NCBI GenBank assembly: GCA_016187335.1
Contig: JACPJW010000001.1
Span: 704,001-768,000, forward strand
Length of the DNA stretch: 64,000 nt
Direction of reading: 5' to 3'
Source: Candidatus Aenigmatarchaeota archaeon
GTDB taxonomy: Archaea; Aenigmatarchaeota; Aenigmatarchaeia; GW2011-AR5
A model generated the notes under the pieces. The model saw only the letters and a list, made by a program, of their open reading frames with translations, did not search any database and was not told the origin of the DNA. The position numbers and the translations under genes are program-made. This document shows positions 45,192 to 54,773 of this stretch, in pieces (the stretch's first letter is position 1; each line of letters starts with the position of its first letter).

Positions 45192-46067
45192 TTATCTTTC
45201 TCCGGCCCACTCGTGCAGCTTCTCCGCCAGTTCTTCCTTTTCCTCGGCGCCCGCCAGCTTCTCCGCCAAAGTTTTGAGAGAAAGCTTCTTCACCTTGAGG
45301 AATTTCAGAAGCTTTGCGGGCGTGAACTTCTTTTTCTGCGGCGAGCGCGGCGGCAGCATGGACTTGAGCGTTATATAATAATAAATCGCCGCGGAGACAT
45401 CCCTGGCTGTTGCGCCTTTGGCTTTCTTTTTCACTCCTTCCGCAAATCCTTCGGCCTGCTTCATGAAGTAGGCATCGTCCTCGTAGAACTGGTAATAAGG
45501 GCCTATGTCTTCATTGACGAACTTCTTCGTCTGCCATGACGGCGGGCAGAAATCGTAGCCGAAGCCGACGGAGTGCAGCCAGAAGATTATCTTTGTGTAT
45601 CTTATGTTCGGGACGTCGGCGTCTTTCACGAGCCCTTCTATGAATTCCCATGTCTTTTCCTTTGTGCCGAGGGTTTTTTCCAGGGTTTCCGGCGTTATGC
45701 CGTTCTTTTCAAAGAAGCGCGCGCTGCCTTTTATGGAAGCGCTTATGCGGAACATCTCCTTTTTCAGCTCGCGCAGCATCTCAAGGGTTTCTTTGTCCCT
45801 TATCCTGTACATCCGCTCGTCCAGAATCTTTTCAACAGCTTCCCTCCAGTCCTCGCCGCTTGTTTTCCTGACGTAATCCATGCCCAGCTGCGGCTTGAGG
45901 ATGCTTAATACAAGATTTATTTCTGCCTCGCTTCTCTTGCCGCCCATGAAGACGATGAAAAGGAACTTGTCCCACAGCTCTCCCGTGCTTTTCAACTTTT
46001 CAGGCCGGTCCTTCATGGCCAGCCTTACCAGGTCCAGGAAGCCTTCAGGCATCTCGTTATCGGGCAT
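45192..46067 (-). CDS. Hypothetical protein, distantly like HhH-GPD/Ogg DNA glycosylases
   Basis: PNIRYTKIIFWLHSVGFG resembles the GIGYKEASHFLRNVG helix-hairpin-helix of archaeal Ogg. Confidence 0.45.
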   Translation of the reverse strand: MPDNEMPEGFLDLVRLAMKDRPEKLKSTGELWDKFLFIVFMGGKRSEAEINLVLSILKPQLGMDYVRKTSGEDWREAVEKILDERMYRIRDKETLEMLRELKKEMFRISASIKGSARFFEKNGITPETLEKTLGTKEKTWEFIEGLVKDADVPNIRYTKIIFWLHSVGFGYDFCPPSWQTKKFVNEDIGPYYQFYEDDAYFMKQAEGFAEGVKKKAKGATARDVSAAIYYYITLKSMLPPRSPQKKKFTPAKLLKFLKVKKLSLKTLAEKLAGAEEKEELAEKLHEWAGER

Positions 46068-46133
46068 TGTTTCACGTTCCAGATCTCTAAACTGTTGTAA
46101 AGACTTAAAAACGTGAATCATGATAGTTTAAGG

Positions 46134-46766
46134 ATGCTGGATGTAATCAACATATTCCTTCATCTTGACCAGTACTTCGGCTCGCTGATAAACGAGTACA
46201 GCATATGGATTTATCTTATCCTTTTCGTGACGGTCTTCCTGGAAACAGGAATTATCGTTACGCCGTTCCTCCCGGGAGACAGCCTGATTTTTCTCGCAGG
46301 CGCTTTCGCGGCTGCCGGCAGGCTTGATATGGCGGTACTTTTTGTTGTTTTTGCAGCTGCAGCGATTTTGGGCGACACAGTGAATTACTGGATAGGGCAT
46401 CACGTTGGTCGCAGGGTTCTGCACAAAAAAGTCCGCTTCGTTAGAAAGGAATACGTAGAAAGGACTTACGATTTCTACGAGAAGCACGGCGGGAAAACAA
46501 TAGTAGCCGCGAGGTTCATCCCGATAATACGCACGTTCGCGCCCTTCGTGGCAGGCATCGCAAGGATGAATTACAGCAGATTTTTGTTCTTCAACGTAAC
46601 CGGCGCTGTTCTGTGGGTCGCGTCGTTCCTTGCCCTGGGATACTATTTCGGCAGCATACCTTTAGTCAAGGAAAACCTTGGACTGGCGATAATTGCGATT
46701 ATTCTGGTGACGGTTCTTTATTCTTTGTTTGAACTTTACAGGAGCAGGAAGAAAAGCGGAAAATAA
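46134..46766 (+). CDS. dedA: DedA (VTT-domain) membrane protein
   Basis: FLETG..PFLPGDSL, GDTVNYWIG, ARFIPIIRTFAPFVAG. Confidence 0.95.
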   Translation: MLDVINIFLHLDQYFGSLINEYSIWIYLILFVTVFLETGIIVTPFLPGDSLIFLAGAFAAAGRLDMAVLFVVFAAAAILGDTVNYWIGHHVGRRVLHKKVRFVRKEYVERTYDFYEKHGGKTIVAARFIPIIRTFAPFVAGIARMNYSRFLFFNVTGAVLWVASFLALGYYFGSIPLVKENLGLAIIAIILVTVLYSLFELYRSRKKSGK

Positions 46767-46988
46767 TACAGTAATTTCAGAAAGAAATCCGCCGGATTGT
46801 TTCCTGTTGTGAAAAACCATTGCCTAAAGGCAGTGGCATCTGAAAGATGCCATTGATATTATAAACAATGTTTTTTACGCTCAAAAACCATAGGTCTTTG
46901 GCGTCTCAAAGAAGCTTTGCTTCTTTGCAGACATCTAACATTCCACCTTATAATACCACCATCTAAAGATAGGTGGAATGTTCAGATT

Positions 46989-47564
46989 TCAAGCCAGTCC
47001 CGATACGAATCCTGTGAAGACCAGCGCCACGATTATCAGGGCGAGGAGCAGGACCGGCAGGAGCCACGTAAGAGCGGCGCGGCCGGTGGAGTATTTATGG
47101 ACTTCCCTCAGGCCTATGGTAAGCACGTAAAGGCTGTACAGGTTCGCGGCAGCTGATAGAATCCCGCCGACGGCGGGTATCGGTCCCAGCAAGACGCCCA
47201 GCACCCCGAAAGGGGCGTTGACAAGAGCGATAATGTGCGCGTGCTGCAGTAAATTCCCCTTTCCCTCGAGAAAATGGGCGAAGACATAGAGCACTGATGC
47301 GGATATCGCCCAGAACAGGACAAAAACAGCGGGTATCATCGCAAGCGAGATCATGTAGAAGCTGGCTGCCCCTGTAAGCGCCTTCAGCTCCAGCATTCCT
47401 TGCGTCGGAACGAGCACGCTTATGATGGCAGCAAGAACGCCGGCGAACGCGACCTGGGCAAGGGATTCAAGAATATTTCTTTTTTTGCTTTCCTTTTTCG
47501 CAGTCTTGCCGGGGTTTGTCAGCATCCCGAGCCATTTCCTGAAAGTATCGGTGAAAAAATTCAT
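46989..47564 (-). CDS. Yip1-domain membrane protein
   Basis: LTNPGKT start, five TM helices, GLREVHKYSTGRA. Confidence 0.8.
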   Translation of the reverse strand: MNFFTDTFRKWLGMLTNPGKTAKKESKKRNILESLAQVAFAGVLAAIISVLVPTQGMLELKALTGAASFYMISLAMIPAVFVLFWAISASVLYVFAHFLEGKGNLLQHAHIIALVNAPFGVLGVLLGPIPAVGGILSAAANLYSLYVLTIGLREVHKYSTGRAALTWLLPVLLLALIIVALVFTGFVSGLA

Positions 47565-47609
47565 GGCTATCTTCCTTTTTCACTTTGTATTTCTTTCTTT
47601 AAGAAGTTT

Positions 47610-48032
47610 TCAGACGTCCAAAATCACTCTGGCAATCCATTTCTTTTCTTTTTTCAATTCAAAGTTGTGGTAAGTCACGGCCTTAACGTCCACAAGCAGC
47701 TCATGCTTTTCCATGTCTAATTTCTCTCCGGATACCTTTGCCGTTAATACAAGGTTCTTTTCGTCTATTTTTACGGAAAATCTGCTCAGCAGAAGCTGTT
47801 TGGCGTCCTTCAGGAAAACTATTTCCTGCAAAAAATTGAACAGCAGCGATTCCAAAGAATCGCTCCTCAGCTTTATTGTTTTCGTCACCTTCGGCTTCAC
47901 TTTCTTCAGATCCCTGACCATCGTGTTCGTGACAGCCAGGCCCGCTGACTCAAAAAGCTCTTTCAATGTCCCGCCCGAGGCTTCAAAGGCCACGTCAGCT
48001 ATGGCAACGTCCTTGAAGAATCTGTAGGGCAT
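47610..48032 (-). CDS. Archease (RtcB activator)
   Basis: YRFFKDVAIADVAFEASG, LFESAG, VKAVTYHNF, C-terminal ILDV. Confidence 0.92.
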   Translation of the reverse strand: MPYRFFKDVAIADVAFEASGGTLKELFESAGLAVTNTMVRDLKKVKPKVTKTIKLRSDSLESLLFNFLQEIVFLKDAKQLLLSRFSVKIDEKNLVLTAKVSGEKLDMEKHELLVDVKAVTYHNFELKKEKKWIARVILDV

Positions 48033-48036
48033 TTTT

Positions 48037-48789
48037 TCACCGTTTTGATCCTTTTGATACAACTTTTTGGAAAAGTTGTTTTCCGTTCAGGTAAGCTTTC
48101 CTTTTGCTTTCAGGAAATTTTTCTATCGCATACCTGAGCGTCGTCCTAGGTATTTTCTTGTAGTGCTTTCTTAAAAACTGCTCGAGCAAGCGTTCATCCT
48201 TCTTTCCCAGCTCGCGAAGCATCCACCCAACTGCTTTCTGGATGAGGTCGTGCTTGTCTTTAAGAAGGATTTTTGCGAGCTTTATCGTATCATCATACTG
48301 GTTGTTTCTCAGGAAGTAAAATGTTGCAATGATGGCCATTCTCCTTTCCCATATATTGCCTGATGCCGCAAGCTTGTACAAAACCGATCTGTCTTCGTTC
48401 AGCAGGTATCTGCCAAGAATCTTGTCGGCGCTCAGGTCAACAATGTCCCAGTTGTTGATGTATTTTGTCGATTTAAGGTAAAAATCAAGGATCTCCTTTT
48501 TGCGTTTAACGTCGCCTTCTTTTTCAGCTTTCTCATAATTATGGACCAGAAGCAGAACGGCGCACAAGCGCTCTTCATGTATTTTTGATTTCAGCAATGC
48601 TTCCGCTTCCTTTAGCGGCAGCGTTTTATGTTTTATTGCAACTTTCCTCGTTTCCGGCACTGGCACGCCTAAAAATACATCGCCTTCCCCGTATTGCCCG
48701 GGGCCTGTCTTGAAAAATCTCGCGGATATCCTGGATTTTTCTGCGCTTCCGAGATTCGCGAGTTCCGCTCTAACAGCTGTTAATGACAT
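48037..48789 (-). CDS. alkD: DNA alkylation repair protein (AlkD family); C-terminal tail encoded by a family-A repeat
   Basis: FFKTGPGQYGEGD, HEERL, NNWDIVD, WERRMAI, IQKAVGWMLRE, RTTLRYAIE. Confidence 0.92.
   Translation of the reverse strand: MSLTAVRAELANLGSAEKSRISARFFKTGPGQYGEGDVFLGVPVPETRKVAIKHKTLPLKEAEALLKSKIHEERLCAVLLLVHNYEKAEKEGDVKRKKEILDFYLKSTKYINNWDIVDLSADKILGRYLLNEDRSVLYKLAASGNIWERRMAIIATFYFLRNNQYDDTIKLAKILLKDKHDLIQKAVGWMLRELGKKDERLLEQFLRKHYKKIPRTTLRYAIEKFPESKRKAYLNGKQLFQKVVSKGSKR
48052..48079 (-). repeat. Family-A hairpin repeat inside the 3' end of alkD
   Basis: TTTTGATACAACTTTTTGGAAAAGTTGT on the plus strand, translated as KQLFQKVVSK. Confidence 0.8.
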
Positions 48790-48798
48790 AGAACTGAA

Positions 48799-49341
48799 TT
48801 ATTTCAGAAACCCTTTAGAAGCCGGGTGCTGCAGGAATTTCTCCATGCTGAGGTAAAACCATTTCGTGTACTTCTTGTGTGTGGCGTCTTTTTTCATGTC
48901 TTCTATAACTTCAGCCAGCGGCACGAACTTCGCTTCGCTCATTTCTTCCCTGTTCGGAAAAAATCCATTGTTCCATTCCCCGGCCAAAGTCCGGCAAAAC
49001 TCGTTTTCTGAGCTGTCGCCGTAATGCTCCGTGTATATGAAAGCTCCGCAATCAGTCAGGCTGCGGGAAAAATCAATGCCCAGCTCGTGCTTCATGCTTC
49101 TTTTTGCCGCGCTGTCATAGTCCTCGCCGGCAAGAACATGGCTCGTGGCGGAAACGTCCCACCTGTCGCCGCCCAGCTTCTTGCCGACACGGTGCTGCAG
49201 CAGCAATTCTCCCTTGTTGTTGATAAGAATCACGACAAATGCGCGGTGGCGCTTTCCTGCTCCCGAATGGCATTCGCTGCGCGGCGCCGTGCCTAGTTCA
49301 TTGTCGTTGTCGTCAACAAGGATGAGCATCTGTTCGTTCAT
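48799..49341 (-). CDS. Nudix hydrolase resembling type 1 isopentenyl-diphosphate isomerase
   Basis: HRAF, LLLQHR, SHVLAGE, KHELG, ENEFC, PNREE; the catalytic Cys position reads Thr. Confidence 0.7.
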   Translation of the reverse strand: MNEQMLILVDDNDNELGTAPRSECHSGAGKRHRAFVVILINNKGELLLQHRVGKKLGGDRWDVSATSHVLAGEDYDSAAKRSMKHELGIDFSRSLTDCGAFIYTEHYGDSSENEFCRTLAGEWNNGFFPNREEMSEAKFVPLAEVIEDMKKDATHKKYTKWFYLSMEKFLQHPASKGFLK

Positions 49342-49407
49342 GAAAATCCACCGAGACGGGAAGGAAATAGCGATTCAGCATAACTTTACCTTCCGGCTTG
49401 CTTTTCC

Positions 49408-50292
49408 TCATTCTTCATAACGCTTTAATCTGTTTGTCATTTCTTTTTTGCTTCCTGATGCCTTCTTGCCGATAAAAACAAGCCTCGTTCTTTCTTCCTT
49501 GCTGAATTTTTCAAGGCTCCACCTGCCGGCGACGAAGTTGAACAAATAAGTGCCGTCAAAAAATTTAACAAAGCCCTTTGCCCTGTAAATGCCCTCAGGT
49601 ATGCTGCCAGAGAAATTTTCAAAATCGTCGCGGCGCATGACAGCTTCGCTTTCGTAAACGAAATACTCCATGTTGTCCAGATGCTCGCGGTGATCTTTTT
49701 TTCCCAAGGCCCTTTCAAAGCTGACGCCAAAAAGAAGCCGCGTGTTTATGTTTCCTTTAACCGCATGGAAAATTATTGCCTTCTGGTTGATGTCTTTCAC
49801 GGTTTCTTCTACGCTTTCAAGGTCATCGTCGGAGACAAGGTCTTTCTTGTTCAGGATGATTATGTCGGCCATCTCTATCTGGGCAACGCCGGTATGCCCG
49901 ATGTTCGGGTAGCGTATTATTGCGTCGCAGTCAACGACGGTTATTATTGAATCAAGCCTCACCACAGGTATGTTTTCTTCTATGTCAAAAGCCAGGGCAT
50001 CCGGCTCCGCTACGCCCGTTGTTTCCACAACAATCAGGTCCGGGTTCACTTTTTCAATGATTTCCTTCACCGCGGCTTCAAACTCGCCTACAAGCGAGCA
50101 GCAGACGCAGCCGCCAGCAAGCTCCACCATGTTTATGTTCTCGCCCTTTATCACTTTGCTATCAATTGCTATTTCCCCGAACTCGTTCATTAGTATTGCT
50201 ATCTTATTGTCCGCCTGATCTATGATTTTCTGCAGCAGCGTCGTCTTGCCCGCGCCGAGGTAGCCGGTGATGATGGATATGGGGGTTTTCAT
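49408..50292 (-). CDS. CobW/COG0523 (G3E) metallochaperone GTPase
   Basis: GYLGAGKTT, NEFGEI, GGCVCC, VETTGVAEP, NKKD, RAKG. Confidence 0.95.
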   Translation of the reverse strand: MKTPISIITGYLGAGKTTLLQKIIDQADNKIAILMNEFGEIAIDSKVIKGENINMVELAGGCVCCSLVGEFEAAVKEIIEKVNPDLIVVETTGVAEPDALAFDIEENIPVVRLDSIITVVDCDAIIRYPNIGHTGVAQIEMADIIILNKKDLVSDDDLESVEETVKDINQKAIIFHAVKGNINTRLLFGVSFERALGKKDHREHLDNMEYFVYESEAVMRRDDFENFSGSIPEGIYRAKGFVKFFDGTYLFNFVAGRWSLEKFSKEERTRLVFIGKKASGSKKEMTNRLKRYEE

Positions 50293-50310
50293 GGTAATCA
50301 CAAAAGCAGA

Positions 50311-50808
50311 TTATTTCATTTTTTCAATCGCATTCAAAACTTCCCTGTACATGTCCGCAGACAAGTAAAACCCGAAGCCGACCATCCTGTCAAGATAGTT
50401 TACCGTTTCCTTTTTTGAAATTATTTTTTTCTCAAGAAGTCTCAGAAGCATGTAAATCGAGCCGTGGCTCTCTATTCCCTGCGCTTCGGCTATACTGCTT
50501 GCATGAAGCTCGTCTATGATTGCTGTTGATTCCGTTTCCTTTGACAGGGCAAGAACTTCCCTGTCAGCCTTGCTCAGGAACGGTATATCCCTTGCAGCGG
50601 TCTTGGGTTTTCTGACAGCAAAAAGCTTCTTTTTTATCAGTTCATCAATATACTTTGCTTCAGGCTCTTTTCTTTCAAAACCCTTTACTACAACCTCTTT
50701 ATAGACGCTGTCAGGAATGAATTTTCTCCCTTCCAGCTTTGCTACCTTGTCCAGTATCCGCAATTTCCCCAGATAAATCAGGCTGGAGGAATCAAATACG
50801 TAGCTCAT
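50311..50808 (-). CDS. PIN-domain protein (DUF3368), putative toxin
   Basis: VFDSSSLI, IPDSVYKE, IIDELHA, GSIYML. Confidence 0.88.
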   Translation of the reverse strand: MSYVFDSSSLIYLGKLRILDKVAKLEGRKFIPDSVYKEVVVKGFERKEPEAKYIDELIKKKLFAVRKPKTAARDIPFLSKADREVLALSKETESTAIIDELHASSIAEAQGIESHGSIYMLLRLLEKKIISKKETVNYLDRMVGFGFYLSADMYREVLNAIEKMK

Positions 50809-50850
50809 TTCGAACACTTTAGTGTTTGAAAGAAATGCTTACAGAGCATT

Positions 50851-51150
50851 TCATTTAAAGTCCTCTAGGTCCTTTTCTACTATCCTGTCTTTTATCCAAG
50901 GGGTTTTAGAGTCCTTTATCTTTGCAACAAACGACCATACATCCATGCCGGCAATCTCCGCGGCCTTGGAAACGGTGGCCCTGCCTTCTGCCAGCAGTTT
51001 CAGGGCGTACTCCTCCCTCCATTCCTGCAGGGACTTGATAAGAAGCTTTCTGACAGCCGTGGATTTCTCCAGGTGCTCCGTTTTCATGTAGTCTTCCAGC
51101 TCTTTCTCCAGCTCTTCGGGAATCCTCGCCGATATGGGAACTTCTGTCAT
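50851..51150 (-). CDS. UPF0175-family putative antitoxin (RHH plus HTH)
   Basis: ISARIPEEL, EGRATVSKAAEIAGMDVWSF; directly upstream of the PIN gene. Confidence 0.88.
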   Translation of the reverse strand: MTEVPISARIPEELEKELEDYMKTEHLEKSTAVRKLLIKSLQEWREEYALKLLAEGRATVSKAAEIAGMDVWSFVAKIKDSKTPWIKDRIVEKDLEDFK

Positions 51151-51182
51151 GTGTATACTATGTATACAAATACTTATAAAGT

Positions 51183-51563
51183 TTACGATGACCTGAATTT
51201 CTTTGCTGTTTCTTCCGTTGCCGCAGCCATGATGAAATCGTTCTGGCTCAAGCCTGCTATAGAATGCGTCGTCCACGTAACCGTCACACGGCCGTAGCTC
51301 AGCGCGATGTCAGGGTGATGGTCCTGCTTCTCCGCTTCCTTCCACAAAGCATGAACAAAGTCCGCGCCTTTCATTGATGAATTGAAGCGGAAAGATTTTT
51401 CCAGTGCAAGTTCTGTCCTGCCTTTTACATTGACCTGGGAAATTTTCCATCCACGCAGTTGCTTTGAATGCTCTCTTAATTTCTTTTCCGCTTCTTTTCT
51501 GCTCATCGGCTGCACGCCGCCCTCGCACGGGACGCATCTCTGCCTAGAAAGATTTGATTCCAT
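51183..51563 (-). CDS. Pterin-4-alpha-carbinolamine dehydratase
   Basis: CVPCEGG, AEKQDHHPDI, WTTHSIAGLSQNDFIMAA. Confidence 0.93.
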   Translation of the reverse strand: MESNLSRQRCVPCEGGVQPMSRKEAEKKLREHSKQLRGWKISQVNVKGRTELALEKSFRFNSSMKGADFVHALWKEAEKQDHHPDIALSYGRVTVTWTTHSIAGLSQNDFIMAAATEETAKKFRSS

Positions 51564-51612
51564 AAGAAGAAATAGCGGGAAAGAATTTTTAAAGGGAAGG
51601 TTTTCGTTCTGA

Positions 51613-52290
51613 TTAAAAATTCTTTTCCTTCTCAATCATGCCGTCCCTCAGGAAAATGCCGCGGTCGGCCATTTTTCCCAGATCCTGTTCGTGCGTTATC
51701 AGCACCACGGTCTGCTTTGATTCTTCATTTAGCTTCCTGAAAATGCTTATGACGTTTGCAGCTGACTTTGAGTCCAATGAAGCCGTGGGCTCGTCAGCCA
51801 GCAGCAATTCCGGGCTGTTTATCAAAGCGCGGGCGATGCCTACGCGCTGCTGCTCGCCGCCTGAAAGCTGGTGCGGATAATTGTTCAGCCTTTCGCCAAG
51901 GCCGAGGCTCATCAGGATTTCCTTCGCGCTGCTCCTGTAATCGTCATGGTTTTTTTCGCTCATCATCTTTGGCAGCAATACGTTTTCCAGTGCAGTCAGC
52001 TCGGGAAGCAGCGAGTAAAACTGGAAGACGAACCCTATTTCCTTCAGCCTGAAAGAAGTCCGCTCCTCGTCGCTGAGCTTCGCCACTTCCGTGTCTTTTA
52101 TCAGCACAGTTCCCTTTGTCTGCGTGTCAAGGACGCCGATAAGGTGGAGCATCGTGCTTTTTCCCGAGCCCGACGGGCCCATTATGGATACAAAATCGCC
52201 CTTTGCGATTTTCAGGTCTATTCCCTTCAGCGCATGTATGGACGAGCCGCCCATCGGATATATTTTGTGAACGTTTCTGAGTTTTATCAT
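51613..52290 (-). CDS. ABC transporter ATP-binding protein (LolD/MacB-like)
   Basis: [23 protein letters not shown]. Confidence 0.95.
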   Translation of the reverse strand: MIKLRNVHKIYPMGGSSIHALKGIDLKIAKGDFVSIMGPSGSGKSTMLHLIGVLDTQTKGTVLIKDTEVAKLSDEERTSFRLKEIGFVFQFYSLLPELTALENVLLPKMMSEKNHDDYRSSAKEILMSLGLGERLNNYPHQLSGGEQQRVGIARALINSPELLLADEPTASLDSKSAANVISIFRKLNEESKQTVVLITHEQDLGKMADRGIFLRDGMIEKEKNF

Positions 52291-52317
52291 TGCTTGTCAA
52301 CCTGTTTACTTACCGGC

Positions 52318-53550
52318 CTATTCCACGACCCTTATGTTCTCCAGGATATCCTGCCTTGATGCCATCCTTGCGGGGATGTAGCCCGCGACCACTGACGACA
52401 CGATGAGCACCAGCAGCGACGACACAGCGGTTTCCGGCAGCAGCAGCGGCCTCAGGTTTCCTATCGCAAGATGAAGCGGGTTCGCGTTAAGATAAAATAT
52501 GAATGAGTAGACAATAACAAGCCCGATAACAGCGCCTGCTATGCCGAATATGAGCGACTCAAAAAGGAATACCTGCATTATCTGGTTCTTCTGCATGCCT
52601 ATTGCCTTGAGCACGCCGATTATGCGCTTTTTCCGCGATGTATTGATGAAAACAACGATGCCGATGGTTGACATCACGATTATGACCCCGACAATGGTTG
52701 TGACTAGGATTACCACGCCGAAAGTCTGGTTGATGCCCTCCGTGAACGCTGAGGCTTCTTCCCATGTCCTTATGTCCGCGTCAGCTATGCCCAATTCCAG
52801 TATAAGGTTCTTGTAGTAATCCGCCCTGTTCCTGTCGTCCAGCCTGACGCGGATTGATGATGCCTTGCCTTCAAGCCCCAGGATTTTTTGCACCTCTTTC
52901 TTGTTCATGTAAATCGTCTGGGATACAAAGCCGAAACCCTCGCTGCTCACGATTCCCTTGACCTTGTATTCCTTTTCAACCCCGTTCGGGAACCTTATCT
53001 TCACTTTCTGCCCTATCTCAACGCCCCCTAGGCCCTCGACAACGCGGCCGAATGACGTTTCTTTCCCTATGGTGTCCTCGATTTTCTTGCCCGCTATTAT
53101 GTTCCCGATAACGATGTCGTCTGTGTCGCTGTCTTCAAGATATTCTCCCTTTACGACTTTCTGGTGTATTGTGGTTACTTCCATATCGTCCGAGGGCGTT
53201 ATTGCCTCTATTCTTGAGCCCATTTCCCTGCCCTGGAATGAAACGGTGCCGGCAAGGCTGACGGTGCCGGAAGACTTGACGACGCCCGGTATGAGGTCTA
53301 TCTTCTTTCTCGTGCTCGACTCAAAATTAAGATAAGTCTTGCCGGATTCCACTGACGGTTGTATTATGATGTGGGAAGTCCCCGTGTTTATGATTTCGCT
53401 CTGGAAGGTGTCGCTGAGCCCGTTAAGGAACGCCGGAAAGAACGTCAGGTTGATGTAAGAAAACGCAAGCAGCGATATTACGAGCAGCACTATCCTCCTG
53501 TCCCTTGCGATATCCTTCAGCGCCAGAAAAAATATCGTTCTCAAAGCCAT
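52318..53550 (-). CDS. ABC transporter permease (FtsX/MacB-like)
   Basis: N-terminal TM, large extracellular domain, IGVLKAIG, four-TM C-terminus. Confidence 0.92.
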   Translation of the reverse strand: MALRTIFFLALKDIARDRRIVLLVISLLAFSYINLTFFPAFLNGLSDTFQSEIINTGTSHIIIQPSVESGKTYLNFESSTRKKIDLIPGVVKSSGTVSLAGTVSFQGREMGSRIEAITPSDDMEVTTIHQKVVKGEYLEDSDTDDIVIGNIIAGKKIEDTIGKETSFGRVVEGLGGVEIGQKVKIRFPNGVEKEYKVKGIVSSEGFGFVSQTIYMNKKEVQKILGLEGKASSIRVRLDDRNRADYYKNLILELGIADADIRTWEEASAFTEGINQTFGVVILVTTIVGVIIVMSTIGIVVFINTSRKKRIIGVLKAIGMQKNQIMQVFLFESLIFGIAGAVIGLVIVYSFIFYLNANPLHLAIGNLRPLLLPETAVSSLLVLIVSSVVAGYIPARMASRQDILENIRVVE

Positions 53551-53613
53551 CACCGTTGCAAGCAAATCAAAAGTTCAGTGTTCCGAAATCACGAACCTTG
53601 TGCAGCGAAGCAA

Positions 53614-54771
53614 TTAACTGACCGACCCTTTGCCTTTCTGGAATGGCGCCAGAATTCTTTTCCTGAAAAAGACAAGCCCTCCGATGATCAGGAGGGCGAG
53701 AATTATGCCCAGCGGAGAACTTCCTGCACCAACATTCACGCCAAACTTGTCGCTCAGCTGGTGAGTCCCCGTGTCGTCCTTGTAGAAGACGTTGATGTCG
53801 CACGTGAACGTGCCGCTGCTGGGAGATGTCATCTCAAAAAGAACAGGGGCGTCCTCGTCTTTTTTCAGCTGGCCCAGGAACGATTTTTTCTCTGCGAAAG
53901 GACATTTCATCTCGGCAGAAATAAAATCGGCGTCCCCCGGCCCGACGTTTTTCAGCCTCGCGATAACGGTGAAAGGCTGGCCGGCTGACACGGCAGCCGC
54001 CCCCGTGCTTGAGGCGACTTTTACTGTTTGTATGTTTATGTTTCCCTTGCTCACCACCTTGACGCCTAAGTTTTGGGTGCTGTTCAGGGTGTTTCCCTGC
54101 TCGTCAAGGTAAGAAATTTTCACAGGAATTGAATAAGATGTCGCTTCCAGCGACGAAGCCACGACGAAATCAAACGCAGCCTGCTTTGTTTCGTTGGGAT
54201 TCAAAGTGTCCAGCGTCTTGATTGAGCCTCCTATGACAACGAAAGAGGGCGAATCAGGCTGTATCTTTATCTGCCCCGCGCGGCCGCTGCCTACGTTCGT
54301 GATGTCCAGGACAACGGAAAACTGGGAGTCGGGGGTTATGTTGCTCAGCCCTTCAGTGCTTGTTGAAAAGATGATGCTCGGCTTTCCCTGGACTTTCACG
54401 TCAATCCTTTCCCTTATTTGCGCGTTGTCCGCGAATGCCTTCACAAAAACCGGGTACGTGCCTGAGACTGCTCCGGAATCCAAGGAAAGAAAATAAGTGT
54501 TTTTCTTGCTGCAGCTGCCGCACAGGTTGACCCTGCTCAGGTCGCTGGTTGACGACTTCAGGATAAACGGGTATCCCGATTCCAGCACAACAGAGAAATC
54601 TCCCGTGTCCGATGACAACCTGTTGTAAAGCGTTATATCGATGGTCAAATCCCTGCCAGGCTCCACCGGCTGCGGGTTTACCTTCTCGACAAGGATTGTC
54701 GGCAGGGTTGCTGCGAAGGCTGCGCCGGCAAAAATCAAAAGCATAGAGACAAGTATGATTGTTTTTCTCAT
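53614..54771 (-). CDS. COG1361-like S-layer-domain (CARDB) protein
   Basis: Signal peptide, PQPVEPG, two Ig-like repeats, C-terminal TM; this type usually accompanies MacB-like ABC pairs in archaea. Confidence 0.8.
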   Translation of the reverse strand: MRKTIILVSMLLIFAGAAFAATLPTILVEKVNPQPVEPGRDLTIDITLYNRLSSDTGDFSVVLESGYPFILKSSTSDLSRVNLCGSCSKKNTYFLSLDSGAVSGTYPVFVKAFADNAQIRERIDVKVQGKPSIIFSTSTEGLSNITPDSQFSVVLDITNVGSGRAGQIKIQPDSPSFVVIGGSIKTLDTLNPNETKQAAFDFVVASSLEATSYSIPVKISYLDEQGNTLNSTQNLGVKVVSKGNINIQTVKVASSTGAAAVSAGQPFTVIARLKNVGPGDADFISAEMKCPFAEKKSFLGQLKKDEDAPVLFEMTSPSSGTFTCDINVFYKDDTGTHQLSDKFGVNVGAGSSPLGIILALLIIGGLVFFRKRILAPFQKGKGSVS

Positions 54772-54773
54772 GA

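Noticed and set aside
12284-48079. Palindromic repeats considered as a CRISPR array
   Set aside because: Copies are dispersed and variable, with no regular repeat-spacer period, and no cas genes are present
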